Below the pieces are notes generated by a model. That model worked only from the letters and a program-made list of their open reading frames with translations, was not told the origin of the DNA and made no database searches. From Lachnospiraceae bacterium (GTDB lineage Bacteria; Bacillota; Clostridia; Lachnospirales; Lachnospiraceae), in the NCBI GenBank assembly GCA_051888725.1, contig JBJFCA010000163.1:1-46823 (forward strand): a DNA stretch of 46,823 bases. Reading direction: 5' to 3'. Positions 1-8,708 of this stretch are shown piece after piece; the first letter of the stretch is position 1; every line of letters begins with the position of its first letter. Both the position numbers and the translations under genes were made by a program.

Positions 1-246
1 GCAGAACACCTTTTCTCCCGGTTTCACACCTGCAAGCTTAACAGCTAAATGCAGTGCTGCAGTGCCGGCAGAAAGTGCAACGGCAGCCTTACATCCAACA
101 TACTCTCTTACACTCTTTTCCAGGTGCTCCAGATTGGGGCCTACCGTAGATACCCAGTTAGTATCAAAGGCCTCTTTTACATATTGCTGCTCTTCTCCAT
201 GCATGGTGGGCGATGCCAGCCAGATTTTATTCTCAAATGGTTTCAT
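1..246 (-). CDS. DegT/DnrJ/EryC1/StrS-family sugar aminotransferase (PglE/EpsN-like), N-terminal part, truncated by the window edge
   Basis: Not in the ORF track. Manual translation from ATG at 246 gives MKPFENKIWLASPTMHGEEQQYVKEAFDTNWVSTVGPNLEHLEK...AVALSAGTAALHLAVKLAGVKPGEKVFC. The GTAALHLA motif is typical of the family. Starts 5 nt after the capD-like stop. Confidence 0.9.
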   Translation of the reverse strand, partial: MKPFENKIWLASPTMHGEEQQYVKEAFDTNWVSTVGPNLEHLEKSVREYVGCKAAVALSAGTAALHLAVKLAGVKPGEKVFC

Positions 247-250
247 ATTG

Positions 251-2110
251 TTATGCCTGTCCTTCCTTTGCATGATAGGTCGGTACGATCTCCTTGATTA
301 ACCCTTTGATGTCACTGCTCTCATCTTCAGATGCAACCTCCAGTCTGCGGAGCTGTTGAAAGAATAATGTCTCGTCCAGTTCAATGGGTTTACCGATATG
401 GATCAGTTCATTCTCTGTATTCTGCAATCCCTCTTCATCCATCAAAAGCTCTTCGTATAATTTTTCCCCGGGACGAAGACCTGTAAACTCAATCTTGATA
501 TCTTCATCAACCCTGTAGCCCGAAAGCCGGATCAGATTTTTAGCCAGATCCAAAATTTTAACAGGTTTTCCCATATCCAGTACAAAGATCTCTCCTCCTT
601 TTGCATAAGCGCCTGCCTGGAGAACAAGAGACACCGCTTCCGGGATTGTCATAAAATACCGGATGATATCCGGATGGGTTACCGTCACGGGACCACCGGC
701 TGCAATCTGTTTGCGGAACAGGGGAATCACACTGCCGTTGCTGCCAAGTACATTGCCAAAACGAACCGCCACGAATTCCGTATCATAATGTCTGTTGAAA
801 ACCTGAATGATCATCTCACAGATTCTTTTGGAAGCCCCCATAATATTGGTGGGATTCACTGCTTTATCCGTAGAGATCAGCACAAATTTTTTCGTACCGG
901 CATAAGCGGCTGCCTGTGCAGTTTTCCATGTTCCCATAACATTGTTTTTTACCGCTTCATTAGGACTGTCTTCCATGAGAGGCACATGTTTGTGTGCCGC
1001 AGCATGATATACAATATCCGGTTTATACTTTTCAAATATGGTGTACATTCTTTTTGTATTTCTCACAGAGCCGATTAGTACCACAAGATCCAGCTTGGGA
1101 TAATCATGCTTTAATTCCTGCTGAATATCATAGGCATTGTTTTCATAAATATCGAGTATGATCAGTCTGGATGGTTTATGTGCCGCAATCTGTCTGCATA
1201 GTTCGCTGCCAATAGATCCGCCTCCGCCGGTTACCAGTACACAACTTCCCTGTACATAACCGATAATGGAATCTATGTCCACCTTAATTGGATCCCGGCC
1301 CAGAAGATCTTCTACATCAACGTCTTTTAATTTGCTGACGTTGACTTCTCCGTTCACCAGCTGGTACATACCGGGCAGTGTCCGCAGCTTACAGGTGGTT
1401 TCTTTACAAATATCAATGATTTCACTGATCTTAGAACGGGATACCGATGGCATTGCTATAAATATTTCATCAATCGCATACGTATCCACTGCCTCTTTGA
1501 TTTTTCCCCTGCCACCGATAATCTTGATTCCCTGAATAAATTTGCCATGTTTATTCACATCATCATCAATCAGACACTTGATCTGCATATGGGTGTATTT
1601 GCTGTTTATAATATCTTTAATAATCAGGTTTGCTGCCTCACCGGCACCTATGATCATAATGTTAACGGCATGCTCTTTTTTTCTGCCCTTTTGCTTTAGG
1701 CTTCTTAAAAAGCGATAACTGAAACGGCTGGCAAAGGTAAATGCAATCAGAAGGAATACAAACATGAAATAGTAACTGCGGGGAACCGGTTTTCCTGCAA
1801 CCATAAGTCCGATTCCGTTCAGTGCCGCCGTCACTCCGCAGGCTGCTACAATATTCTGCAGTTCATTCACACTGGCAAATGCCCACAGGCTGTTATACAG
1901 CCTTAGAATTTCAAACACTATCACCGTGATCAGCATGGTCACCGGCATAAAAGAATAAACGGAGTCAAGGAATATCTGGTCTATGTCCTTGTATACAAAT
2001 TCATAGCGGATCCATAACGCCAACACCGACGACGCAAAGACTGCTGCCAGATCATAAATGAGTAAAAATATTCTTCTATACAAAAGTGCCGTGTTAATTG
2101 TCTTTTTCAT
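251..2110 (-). CDS. CapD/PglF-type membrane-bound UDP-GlcNAc 4,6-dehydratase (polysaccharide biosynthesis protein)
   Basis: 619 aa. Four N-terminal TM segments, IIGAGEAA, TGGGGSIGSE, HAAAHKHVP, STDKAVNPTNIMGASK, RFGNVLGS, GLRPGEKLYEEL. Confidence 0.93.
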   Translation of the reverse strand: MKKTINTALLYRRIFLLIYDLAAVFASSVLALWIRYEFVYKDIDQIFLDSVYSFMPVTMLITVIVFEILRLYNSLWAFASVNELQNIVAACGVTAALNGIGLMVAGKPVPRSYYFMFVFLLIAFTFASRFSYRFLRSLKQKGRKKEHAVNIMIIGAGEAANLIIKDIINSKYTHMQIKCLIDDDVNKHGKFIQGIKIIGGRGKIKEAVDTYAIDEIFIAMPSVSRSKISEIIDICKETTCKLRTLPGMYQLVNGEVNVSKLKDVDVEDLLGRDPIKVDIDSIIGYVQGSCVLVTGGGGSIGSELCRQIAAHKPSRLIILDIYENNAYDIQQELKHDYPKLDLVVLIGSVRNTKRMYTIFEKYKPDIVYHAAAHKHVPLMEDSPNEAVKNNVMGTWKTAQAAAYAGTKKFVLISTDKAVNPTNIMGASKRICEMIIQVFNRHYDTEFVAVRFGNVLGSNGSVIPLFRKQIAAGGPVTVTHPDIIRYFMTIPEAVSLVLQAGAYAKGGEIFVLDMGKPVKILDLAKNLIRLSGYRVDEDIKIEFTGLRPGEKLYEELLMDEEGLQNTENELIHIGKPIELDETLFFQQLRRLEVASEDESSDIKGLIKEIVPTYHAKEGQA

Positions 2111-2120
2111 AGTATCCTTC

Positions 2121-4514
2121 CTAAAGGGATTTTGTTTGTTTTATCTTAGGCATGAGCAACACCAAAACGAAAAACAGGGCAAAGCCTGTAGGGATATAAG
2201 GCAGCATGACCCATTCCACAAGTCCGCAGACTCCAAAGGTACCAATTACCGCTACCGGTATGATGCCTGCTTTTTCCCCCCGGTGCTTTGCATAGTAGAG
2301 TATACTTCTGATAGCGAATACCACACAGAAAATCAGAAAATAAATACCCGCACCGATTCCGAAATCATATGCTACCTGAATATACGCATTGTGTGCATGG
2401 GCAATCATCTTCCCGTTATCTCCCGGAATCGCTACATCTTTATGCCCCTTCCAGTCTAAGAGAGAAAGATATTTTTTATAAATATCCATGCGGCCGTTGG
2501 AATAATCCACATTGCCGCCAATTCCTTCCTTTTCTTCCGTCAGTTCCGGTGAGGCATATGCTTTATTGCCTTCCTGCTCTTCCCCGGTCTGCGTTACTGC
2601 ATCGGACTGCCCCTTGTCATAATAGGTTAGTTTGGCATCAAATACTGCAAGAAATTTCCTTACTGTAATGTAACGGAAGGAATCCCATTCCTCTCCTTCT
2701 TTGATGGAATCCTGAAACCATTCTATCTCAAATGTCTGTGGTTTGTTATACACAGCAGGGATAATCCGGCAAGCCGTAAAGGTGCTTACAAAAAAGCCAG
2801 ATATCATGAGCAGCAAAAGGCCCGCCCGGCACATAGTCCGGACGATTCCATCCTTAAACTCAGTAAATGCCGTTACCAGCACCAGTAATACACACAAAAT
2901 TGCTGCTGCGTAAAGTCCCGTACGGGAAGCGGTAAGCAGCATAAATCCCGCTGAAAGACCAAATATCCATATTTCCTTCAGACACAGGGACAGTTTCCTG
3001 TTCTTTGCATATTTCACCAGAAAAACCGCAAGTGCAAGAACCATTACAAAACAGTCATATACTGCTGCAGAAGTTACCGTATGAAAAACACCCGGATATC
3101 TGGTATGGGTATAAAAATGAAACGGTCTGTGTAACCAGGCATAAATACTGATGCCGATAAAATGAATAAACACACCATTGACAAAACTCGTCAGGTATTT
3201 CTCCCTGCTGCCTCTTTGGTCAATCACCCTGAAAGCAAACAATGTCCAAAGTATCAGCAATAGAATGGGCCATTCTTTTCCGTTTCTGCTTCTCACAAAT
3301 TCTGTCAGAAGAAGTAACAGCATAACACTGTAAACAGGAGAAATTTCCTTCCAGAATTGTCTTTTGTTTTTTATATTCAGTATCAGATTATGGATTACAT
3401 TTATTACAATCATGCCCCATAAACTATAAGCCACAGCAGTGCCTCTGGAAACGACCAGGCTTTCTTCACCTGCTGCATGCTGCATACAATACCAGATACT
3501 CACTCCTGTAGCAATCGCCACATAAACCGGCTGATATACATTGAATAATTCTTTTTTTGTAAAACTGCACAAAATCGCCAGGGCAAAGCATGCAAGTGTC
3601 AGATTGCTTGCTGTCTTCTGATCAAAGTTGGACAGTGCATTCAGATATCGGACACAGCCTAACATGACGCCTGCAAAGCAAACTGACTGTAAAATACCGG
3701 GAAGTTTTGCAGTGCATTCCTCAAAAGTAATCGTTTTTTCTTCCGTCTCAGGTCTTTTTCGCAGTAAACAGTACAAAGAAAAGAGCAGAAACAACAGAAT
3801 TCCCACTTCATAAAAAATGATATCCACTGTTTCCGTTGCCAGCCTTCTTGCCGGAAACACATTATATGCTGCAAATACAGATCCTGCGACTACAAGAATT
3901 GCCGCAGGCAGACGCCAAAGCATATCCAGACCGACCTTACTCTCTTTTCTCCTGCGGAAAAACAGTTCTGTAAGACCTGCCAGTATCATGCAGACAACAA
4001 GTATCAGGCCCCCGATAAAAAGATATTGTTTCGGAGTAAAAAACACTCTGTATCCATAAAGAACATCCATATTGATGCCGTCTTTCATGGAAATCAACAG
4101 CTCATTGCCCGGACTTTCAACAGAAAAATAGTAAACCTCTCCCCCCTTCCATTCCCCACGCATGGGAATGGTAAACATTCCGGGTACATTATCTTCTGTC
4201 AATATAATCCGGCTATATTCCAGCTTGTTCAGATTGGCATCAAACAATCGAAAATAAAGGGGGGTTCCCTCTATATCCTCTGAATTTTCATTATATACAT
4301 AAAAGCTTATGGAGCGCAGGCAATCGTTGACCGGAATAAACTGTTGCAGAATCGTACCTTCGCTCACCACAATAGCGTCCGAATCCTCGCCTGCCTCTCC
4401 CAGATATTGCCATGGACGTATCAGCTTTAACGGCCAGACAGAGAGTATTGTCAGGAAAGATAGGAGCAGTATGGTTGCCTGAATGACTCTTTTTATTGTA
4501 ATTTTGTTTTTCAA
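2121..4514 (-). CDS. Large polytopic membrane protein with C-terminal O-antigen ligase/Wzy_C-like domain
   Basis: 797 aa, TTG start. Many hydrophobic segments. LTASRTG, SNGRMDIY and HAHNAYIQVAYDFGIG match the ligase-type SR...R...HN signature. Confidence 0.7.
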   Translation of the reverse strand: MKNKITIKRVIQATILLLSFLTILSVWPLKLIRPWQYLGEAGEDSDAIVVSEGTILQQFIPVNDCLRSISFYVYNENSEDIEGTPLYFRLFDANLNKLEYSRIILTEDNVPGMFTIPMRGEWKGGEVYYFSVESPGNELLISMKDGINMDVLYGYRVFFTPKQYLFIGGLILVVCMILAGLTELFFRRRKESKVGLDMLWRLPAAILVVAGSVFAAYNVFPARRLATETVDIIFYEVGILLFLLFSLYCLLRKRPETEEKTITFEECTAKLPGILQSVCFAGVMLGCVRYLNALSNFDQKTASNLTLACFALAILCSFTKKELFNVYQPVYVAIATGVSIWYCMQHAAGEESLVVSRGTAVAYSLWGMIVINVIHNLILNIKNKRQFWKEISPVYSVMLLLLLTEFVRSRNGKEWPILLLILWTLFAFRVIDQRGSREKYLTSFVNGVFIHFIGISIYAWLHRPFHFYTHTRYPGVFHTVTSAAVYDCFVMVLALAVFLVKYAKNRKLSLCLKEIWIFGLSAGFMLLTASRTGLYAAAILCVLLVLVTAFTEFKDGIVRTMCRAGLLLLMISGFFVSTFTACRIIPAVYNKPQTFEIEWFQDSIKEGEEWDSFRYITVRKFLAVFDAKLTYYDKGQSDAVTQTGEEQEGNKAYASPELTEEKEGIGGNVDYSNGRMDIYKKYLSLLDWKGHKDVAIPGDNGKMIAHAHNAYIQVAYDFGIGAGIYFLIFCVVFAIRSILYYAKHRGEKAGIIPVAVIGTFGVCGLVEWVMLPYIPTGFALFFVLVLLMPKIKQTKSL

Positions 4515-4556
4515 GGCTTCACCTCTATTACCTTTCCCTCACAAAATATCTAAAGT

Positions 4557-4585
4557 AGTATACCATAAGCAGACTCTTTTTACAA
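4557..4585 (-). promoter_or_regulatory. Putative sigma-A promoter for the ligase-like / capD / aminotransferase genes
   Basis: Minus strand TTGTAA-N17-TATACT with extended -10 (TGG-TATACT), in the 130-nt intergenic gap. Confidence 0.7.
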
Positions 4586-4643
4586 CCAGCCCTGCTTGTC
4601 TGCCATTACATAAGAGCTTCCTCTGCGCTCCTTGGCCTTTTTT

Positions 4644-5396
4644 CTACTTATCCCCACCTGTCAGATTTAAATTTACACCGTTCATATACCCACACTCTTC
4701 CGACAACAAAAATTCAATGGCCGCCACAGTTTCCTCCACGTTTACATTCCGTTTCAGAGTACAGCTTTGCCTGTTCATCTCGATGATTCTCTCATCAATT
4801 TCACTTAAGAACTCTGTTTCCATCATATTGGGAGAGATGCCGTTTACGCAGATTCCCTTCTCTGCATATTCCATTGCCATACTCTTCATCAGACCGAGCA
4901 GCGCATATTTTGTCACCACATATTGTGACATGAATTTCGGCGGCATTCCCAAAGTAACGGCTGACAGCATAATCACGACCCTGCCGCTTCCTTTTTTCGC
5001 CATTTCCGGCAAAATGTGTCCGCCTATGGTAAGCAGGGAATGCACCTGCAGTTCCATATCCGCAGCAATTGCCTGCCAGTCAGCTTTCTTTAGTTTATTA
5101 TAAACTAATTTTTTAGCCGGCAGATGCACAAGGCAGTCCGGGCAGTCTCCCGCCTCTTTCATGACAGAAAGCATTCCTTTTACGTCTTCTTCTTTTGTCA
5201 AATCCGCTTTGATTGGAATAATTTCCACATTGGGCTCATTTTGTCGCAGTTCATTTAATTTTTCCCCATGGGAAGAAAAATGCGCATATATTTTCATATG
5301 TCTTCCATCATCTGTATGTCTGCCACACAAATTCTGAATCAGCTTTCTCCCTACTTCGGAAGAAGCTCCCGTAATCAGATATACCTTATTCTCCAT
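4644..5396 (-). CDS. SDR-family oxidoreductase (FabG/ketoreductase-like)
   Basis: 250 aa. LITGASSEVG Rossmann-like start, catalytic YVVTK (YxxxK), VNGISP, C-terminal YMNGVNLNLTGG. Confidence 0.85.
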   Translation of the reverse strand: MENKVYLITGASSEVGRKLIQNLCGRHTDDGRHMKIYAHFSSHGEKLNELRQNEPNVEIIPIKADLTKEEDVKGMLSVMKEAGDCPDCLVHLPAKKLVYNKLKKADWQAIAADMELQVHSLLTIGGHILPEMAKKGSGRVVIMLSAVTLGMPPKFMSQYVVTKYALLGLMKSMAMEYAEKGICVNGISPNMMETEFLSEIDERIIEMNRQSCTLKRNVNVEETVAAIEFLLSEECGYMNGVNLNLTGGDK

Positions 5397-5811
5397 CTTC
5401 CATGACTCCTATCTGCATACTGCCACGCAGTACTTTTTCCTGCTTTTGATTGGTTATGGTTACTTTTAATTTTATCACGGGGAAATGCTCGTTTTTTTCT
5501 GTCACTTCACCCTGAATCTTTAGCGTATCCCCTATAAACACCGGCTTTGCAAACTTCGTCTCCACGCTGTGAATCAGACTCTTTTCTCCCGGCAGGTATA
5601 CACCTGCAAGCGTGGATAAAAAGGATGCTGTCAGCATACCGTATGCCACCCTTCCCGGAAAGCCCTTCTTTCGGGCAAACTCCTCATCTGCATGAAGCGG
5701 ATTACAATCCCCGGTAATGGCATAAAAATGCTGCAGCATCTCTTCCGTTACCGATACGGTAAAACTCTCTGTCTGTCCTATAAAAATCTCATCAAATGCA
5801 TATTGATTCAT
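5386..5811 (-). CDS. MaoC/PaaZ-family hot-dog dehydratase
   Basis: 141 aa. Hydratase-2 motif TGDCNPLH, plus AYGML, LPG and FAKPVFIGD. Confidence 0.9.
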   Translation of the reverse strand: MNQYAFDEIFIGQTESFTVSVTEEMLQHFYAITGDCNPLHADEEFARKKGFPGRVAYGMLTASFLSTLAGVYLPGEKSLIHSVETKFAKPVFIGDTLKIQGEVTEKNEHFPVIKLKVTITNQKQEKVLRGSMQIGVMEDGE

Positions 5812-6881
5812 GGTATCTCATCTCCGTCATAAGCTGTATTCTCGACTTTGTCTAAAATGACTCTTTTCGCTTCACCGGACCGCTCCTTCCAGGTCTCATA
5901 TGCCAGATCCCAGGATGCATATTTCTCCTGCCCTCTTTTATCCGAAAGATCATAATGCTCCAACAGATACTTTTCCAGAAAATCCGTACATTTCTCTGCA
6001 CCCAGGGCATTGGCATGTCCGCCACCGTCATAAAAATCCGTAGCAAAGTCAATGCCGATTTCTTCCCGATATGCATTCATATCCAAAAACTGATAACCAT
6101 ATGACTGTACAATTTCCTGCATATAATTGCACATTTTCTGTTCATCATAAGTAAAATCCGTAGGGGAAATCACAAACAATGCCTGAAGATCATTGGCGGA
6201 TAAATACTCCAACAGTTCCCGCAATGTTTCTTCCTGTTCTTCCGGTATCGGCTTTGTTTCAGTAATACCACAAAGGTTGACTGCTTCTCCGGGTTCCACC
6301 TGTTCTTTTAACAAATATCCCTTCAGAGGGCTTTTCTTCTCATACAGGAAGGTCTTATACTGCTCCGGCAAAACCATGGTTTTCCAGTTATCGTGGTACT
6401 TGATAATATCGAAATAGTACGTATACCGTTCTGACACATCCGGTACCAGATCGTTGATGGTACGAATTCGATTACAAGAGTACTTCATGTTATCCGTAAC
6501 GCCTCTGGTATAAGCCATGTTTTCCATCATATGCTCATCCGTATAAGTAAACATTCTCATTTCAAAAATGAAAAGCTCCGGCGACTGGGTCTTAAGCGCT
6601 TCCTCCACCAGATGTATTGCTGCTTTGGGACGCTGTACATTGCTTGCTAACGGGTATGCGGTAAATCCGCATTCTCCCCACATTTTAGGCCCGGCAAAGC
6701 AGGGATAAACCGGACTGGAGCCGATCATCACCACGTCTATGGTATCATCCGGCTCTGCATAAAACCCCGTAAAAATATCCTTGATTACGCCGCCGGTGCG
6801 TACCATGTACGTAACCGGTATCAGCATGACCACAAACAGAAGACAAAAAAGAACGGATTTGAAAGCCTGTTTTTTATTCAT
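5808..6881 (-). CDS. Membrane-anchored SGNH/GDSL-like protein (DltD/AlgJ/PatB-type extracytoplasmic acyltransferase)
   Basis: 357 aa. N-terminal TM anchor, MIGSSP block-I serine and FYDGGGHANALG catalytic-His block. Directly follows an MBOAT gene. Confidence 0.75.
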   Translation of the reverse strand: MNKKQAFKSVLFCLLFVVMLIPVTYMVRTGGVIKDIFTGFYAEPDDTIDVVMIGSSPVYPCFAGPKMWGECGFTAYPLASNVQRPKAAIHLVEEALKTQSPELFIFEMRMFTYTDEHMMENMAYTRGVTDNMKYSCNRIRTINDLVPDVSERYTYYFDIIKYHDNWKTMVLPEQYKTFLYEKKSPLKGYLLKEQVEPGEAVNLCGITETKPIPEEQEETLRELLEYLSANDLQALFVISPTDFTYDEQKMCNYMQEIVQSYGYQFLDMNAYREEIGIDFATDFYDGGGHANALGAEKCTDFLEKYLLEHYDLSDKRGQEKYASWDLAYETWKERSGEAKRVILDKVENTAYDGDEIP

Positions 6882-6893
6882 TTCTTCTCCTCC

Positions 6894-8423
6894 TTAAAAG
6901 CCTCTGTAAATAAATTCCGCAGTACTGTATCCCGGTCCGTAGTACCCCAAAAGGATGACACCAAAAAGTGCCGCATAGAGAATGATCCACCTGCATACAA
7001 TGGGCATGGCTGCCAGTCTGTCACGTACGGATTTCTTTCCCTGCAAAACAGAAACCCAAAAAAGTATCAGCAACGAAGCCACTGCAATGAGCATCTCTAT
7101 GCCGTCAAGTCCCAGTGTAAGCAGACTGCCGTTTACGAAAATGTCCGGATTAAACTTAGCAAAGAGCTGTCTGTAAATATGCAGCCCCTCTGTAAAGCTG
7201 TCTGCCCTGAAGAAAACAAAGCTCGCACTTACAAGCAGGAAAGTCCTAAGCTGCTGCCAGATTCGAAACCACCGGGCAGTGTCCGTAACATGGCACCATG
7301 TTTTCATTTTTTTCCACACCGGTTCCAGGGCTTCCCCCGATACGATATAAAACCAGTGGATCAGCCCGGAGCCCATGATAAATTTCCAGGCACCGCCGTG
7401 CCACATACCCACGGCAAACCAGAGTACAAACATGGCAAGGAAGGTTGCAATTTTTTTCCCTGCTTTTTTACCGAATTTCTTTTTACAGGATGCCTGCAGA
7501 TTCGTAAACCATTTTGTCCGAAGAAGCGGATAAAACAGATAATCCTTCAGCCACGTTCCCAATGTAATGTGCCATCTTCGCCAGAATTCCTGAATGGAAC
7601 GGGAAAAAAAAGGTCTGTCAAAGTTTTCCGCCACCTTGATGCCCAATGCTTCGGAAAGGCCGATCACGATATCCATTCCGCCGGAAAAATCAGTGTAAAG
7701 CTGAAAGGCAAAGCATATGGCAGCAATGATGATATAAAACCCGCTGTAGGTAACAATGTCGCCATAAACGGTATTGACGATCACAGCCAGCCGTTCAGCA
7801 ATCACCAGCTTTTTGAAAAAACCCCACAGCATCCGCTGTAACCCATAAGTAAACTGTCTGTAATCAAACTTTTTCGGGTTGTAAAGCTCGCCCTCCACAT
7901 CCCGGTAACGTAAAATGGGACCTGAGATCATCACCGGAAAATAAAATCCAAACAATGCAAATTTAAAGAAATTGCGCTGGGGTTTTGCAATCTCATAGTA
8001 TACATCAAAAAGATATCCCAAAAGTGCCAGCGTATAAAAGGAAATGCCGAGAGGTGCCAGTATCTGTACGGTCTTTAACAGGCTGCTGCCCGGGAAAAGG
8101 CGCATGGCAACGGCATTATAGGTATAAACAGCAAAATTACAGTATTTTAACGTTGTCAGCATAAGAAGGCAGAAAACGACAACAAGTGAAAGGGCAATTT
8201 TTTTCTTTTTCTGCTCTTTCACTCTATCAATATACAAGGCTGCGCCATATATAATTGTAATTGTCACGGCCGGATATAGAATCAGATAAGCGTTTCCGGC
8301 CGTAAAAAAATATCCGATGCTTGCCACAAGCAGAACCACCCACCGGGCTTTTCCGGGTGTGAGATAGTACACCAGAAAAAGTGCTGCCACGAAGCACAGA
8401 AAATAAAATGATGTAATCGCCAT
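6894..8423 (-). CDS. MBOAT O-acyltransferase (AlgI/DltB/PatA family)
   Basis: 509 aa. PLGISFYT, SGPILR, QLYTDFSG, ENFDRPF, FWRRWHITLG, GMWHG (catalytic His). Ends in FIYRGF. Confidence 0.95.
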   Translation of the reverse strand: MAITSFYFLCFVAALFLVYYLTPGKARWVVLLVASIGYFFTAGNAYLILYPAVTITIIYGAALYIDRVKEQKKKKIALSLVVVFCLLMLTTLKYCNFAVYTYNAVAMRLFPGSSLLKTVQILAPLGISFYTLALLGYLFDVYYEIAKPQRNFFKFALFGFYFPVMISGPILRYRDVEGELYNPKKFDYRQFTYGLQRMLWGFFKKLVIAERLAVIVNTVYGDIVTYSGFYIIIAAICFAFQLYTDFSGGMDIVIGLSEALGIKVAENFDRPFFSRSIQEFWRRWHITLGTWLKDYLFYPLLRTKWFTNLQASCKKKFGKKAGKKIATFLAMFVLWFAVGMWHGGAWKFIMGSGLIHWFYIVSGEALEPVWKKMKTWCHVTDTARWFRIWQQLRTFLLVSASFVFFRADSFTEGLHIYRQLFAKFNPDIFVNGSLLTLGLDGIEMLIAVASLLILFWVSVLQGKKSVRDRLAAMPIVCRWIILYAALFGVILLGYYGPGYSTAEFIYRGF

Positions 8424-8435
8424 TGGCTGCTCCTG

Positions 8436-8672
8436 TTATTTCTGCAAAATAATGTCTACCATTTCACCCACGTTCTTCATGGTGACTACCTGTCCCATGG
8501 TAAACTTAAACCCAAATTCCTGCTCTACCGCAGCCACCAGATTAATGTGCTCTAAGGAATCCCAGTCCTCAATATCCGCAGAGGTCGTCGTTTCGTTTAC
8601 GGTAATATCCTCATCATCAAACACGTCCTGAAATACTTTATTCAGTCGTTCAAACACTTCTTCTCTTGTCAT
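8436..8672 (-). CDS. Acyl carrier protein
   Basis: Acidic ~78 aa protein with WDSLEHI phosphopantetheine-attachment motif. Start set to MTREEV (ATG at 8672, purine-rich RBS). Confidence 0.9.
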   Translation of the reverse strand: MTREEVFERLNKVFQDVFDDEDITVNETTTSADIEDWDSLEHINLVAAVEQEFGFKFTMGQVVTMKNVGEMVDIILQK

Positions 8673-8708
8673 GCTTCTTTCCTCTTTCCTGTTCTCCATT
8701 CCAGCCGG

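Noticed and set aside
251-2110. Calling this gene pseB
   Set aside because: It is 619 aa with N-terminal TMs and MGASK rather than YxxxK, which is the PglF/CapD type and not the soluble PseB.
4483-5103. 206-aa plus-strand ORF and the many other antisense or nested ORFs (e.g. 7179-7841, 19533-20090, 37302-37838)
   Set aside because: They lie opposite well-supported genes and show no recognisable motifs, so they are shadow ORFs.
7604-7611. A8 tract in the MBOAT gene (also A8 at 33008-33015) as a phase-variation switch
   Set aside because: Short A/T runs are expected at this composition, encode Phe-rich segments, and leave the frames intact.
5808-8672. Canonical dlt (D-alanylation) operon
   Set aside because: No DltA adenylation enzyme. 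The MBOAT is the longer AlgI type and the loader is FkbH.
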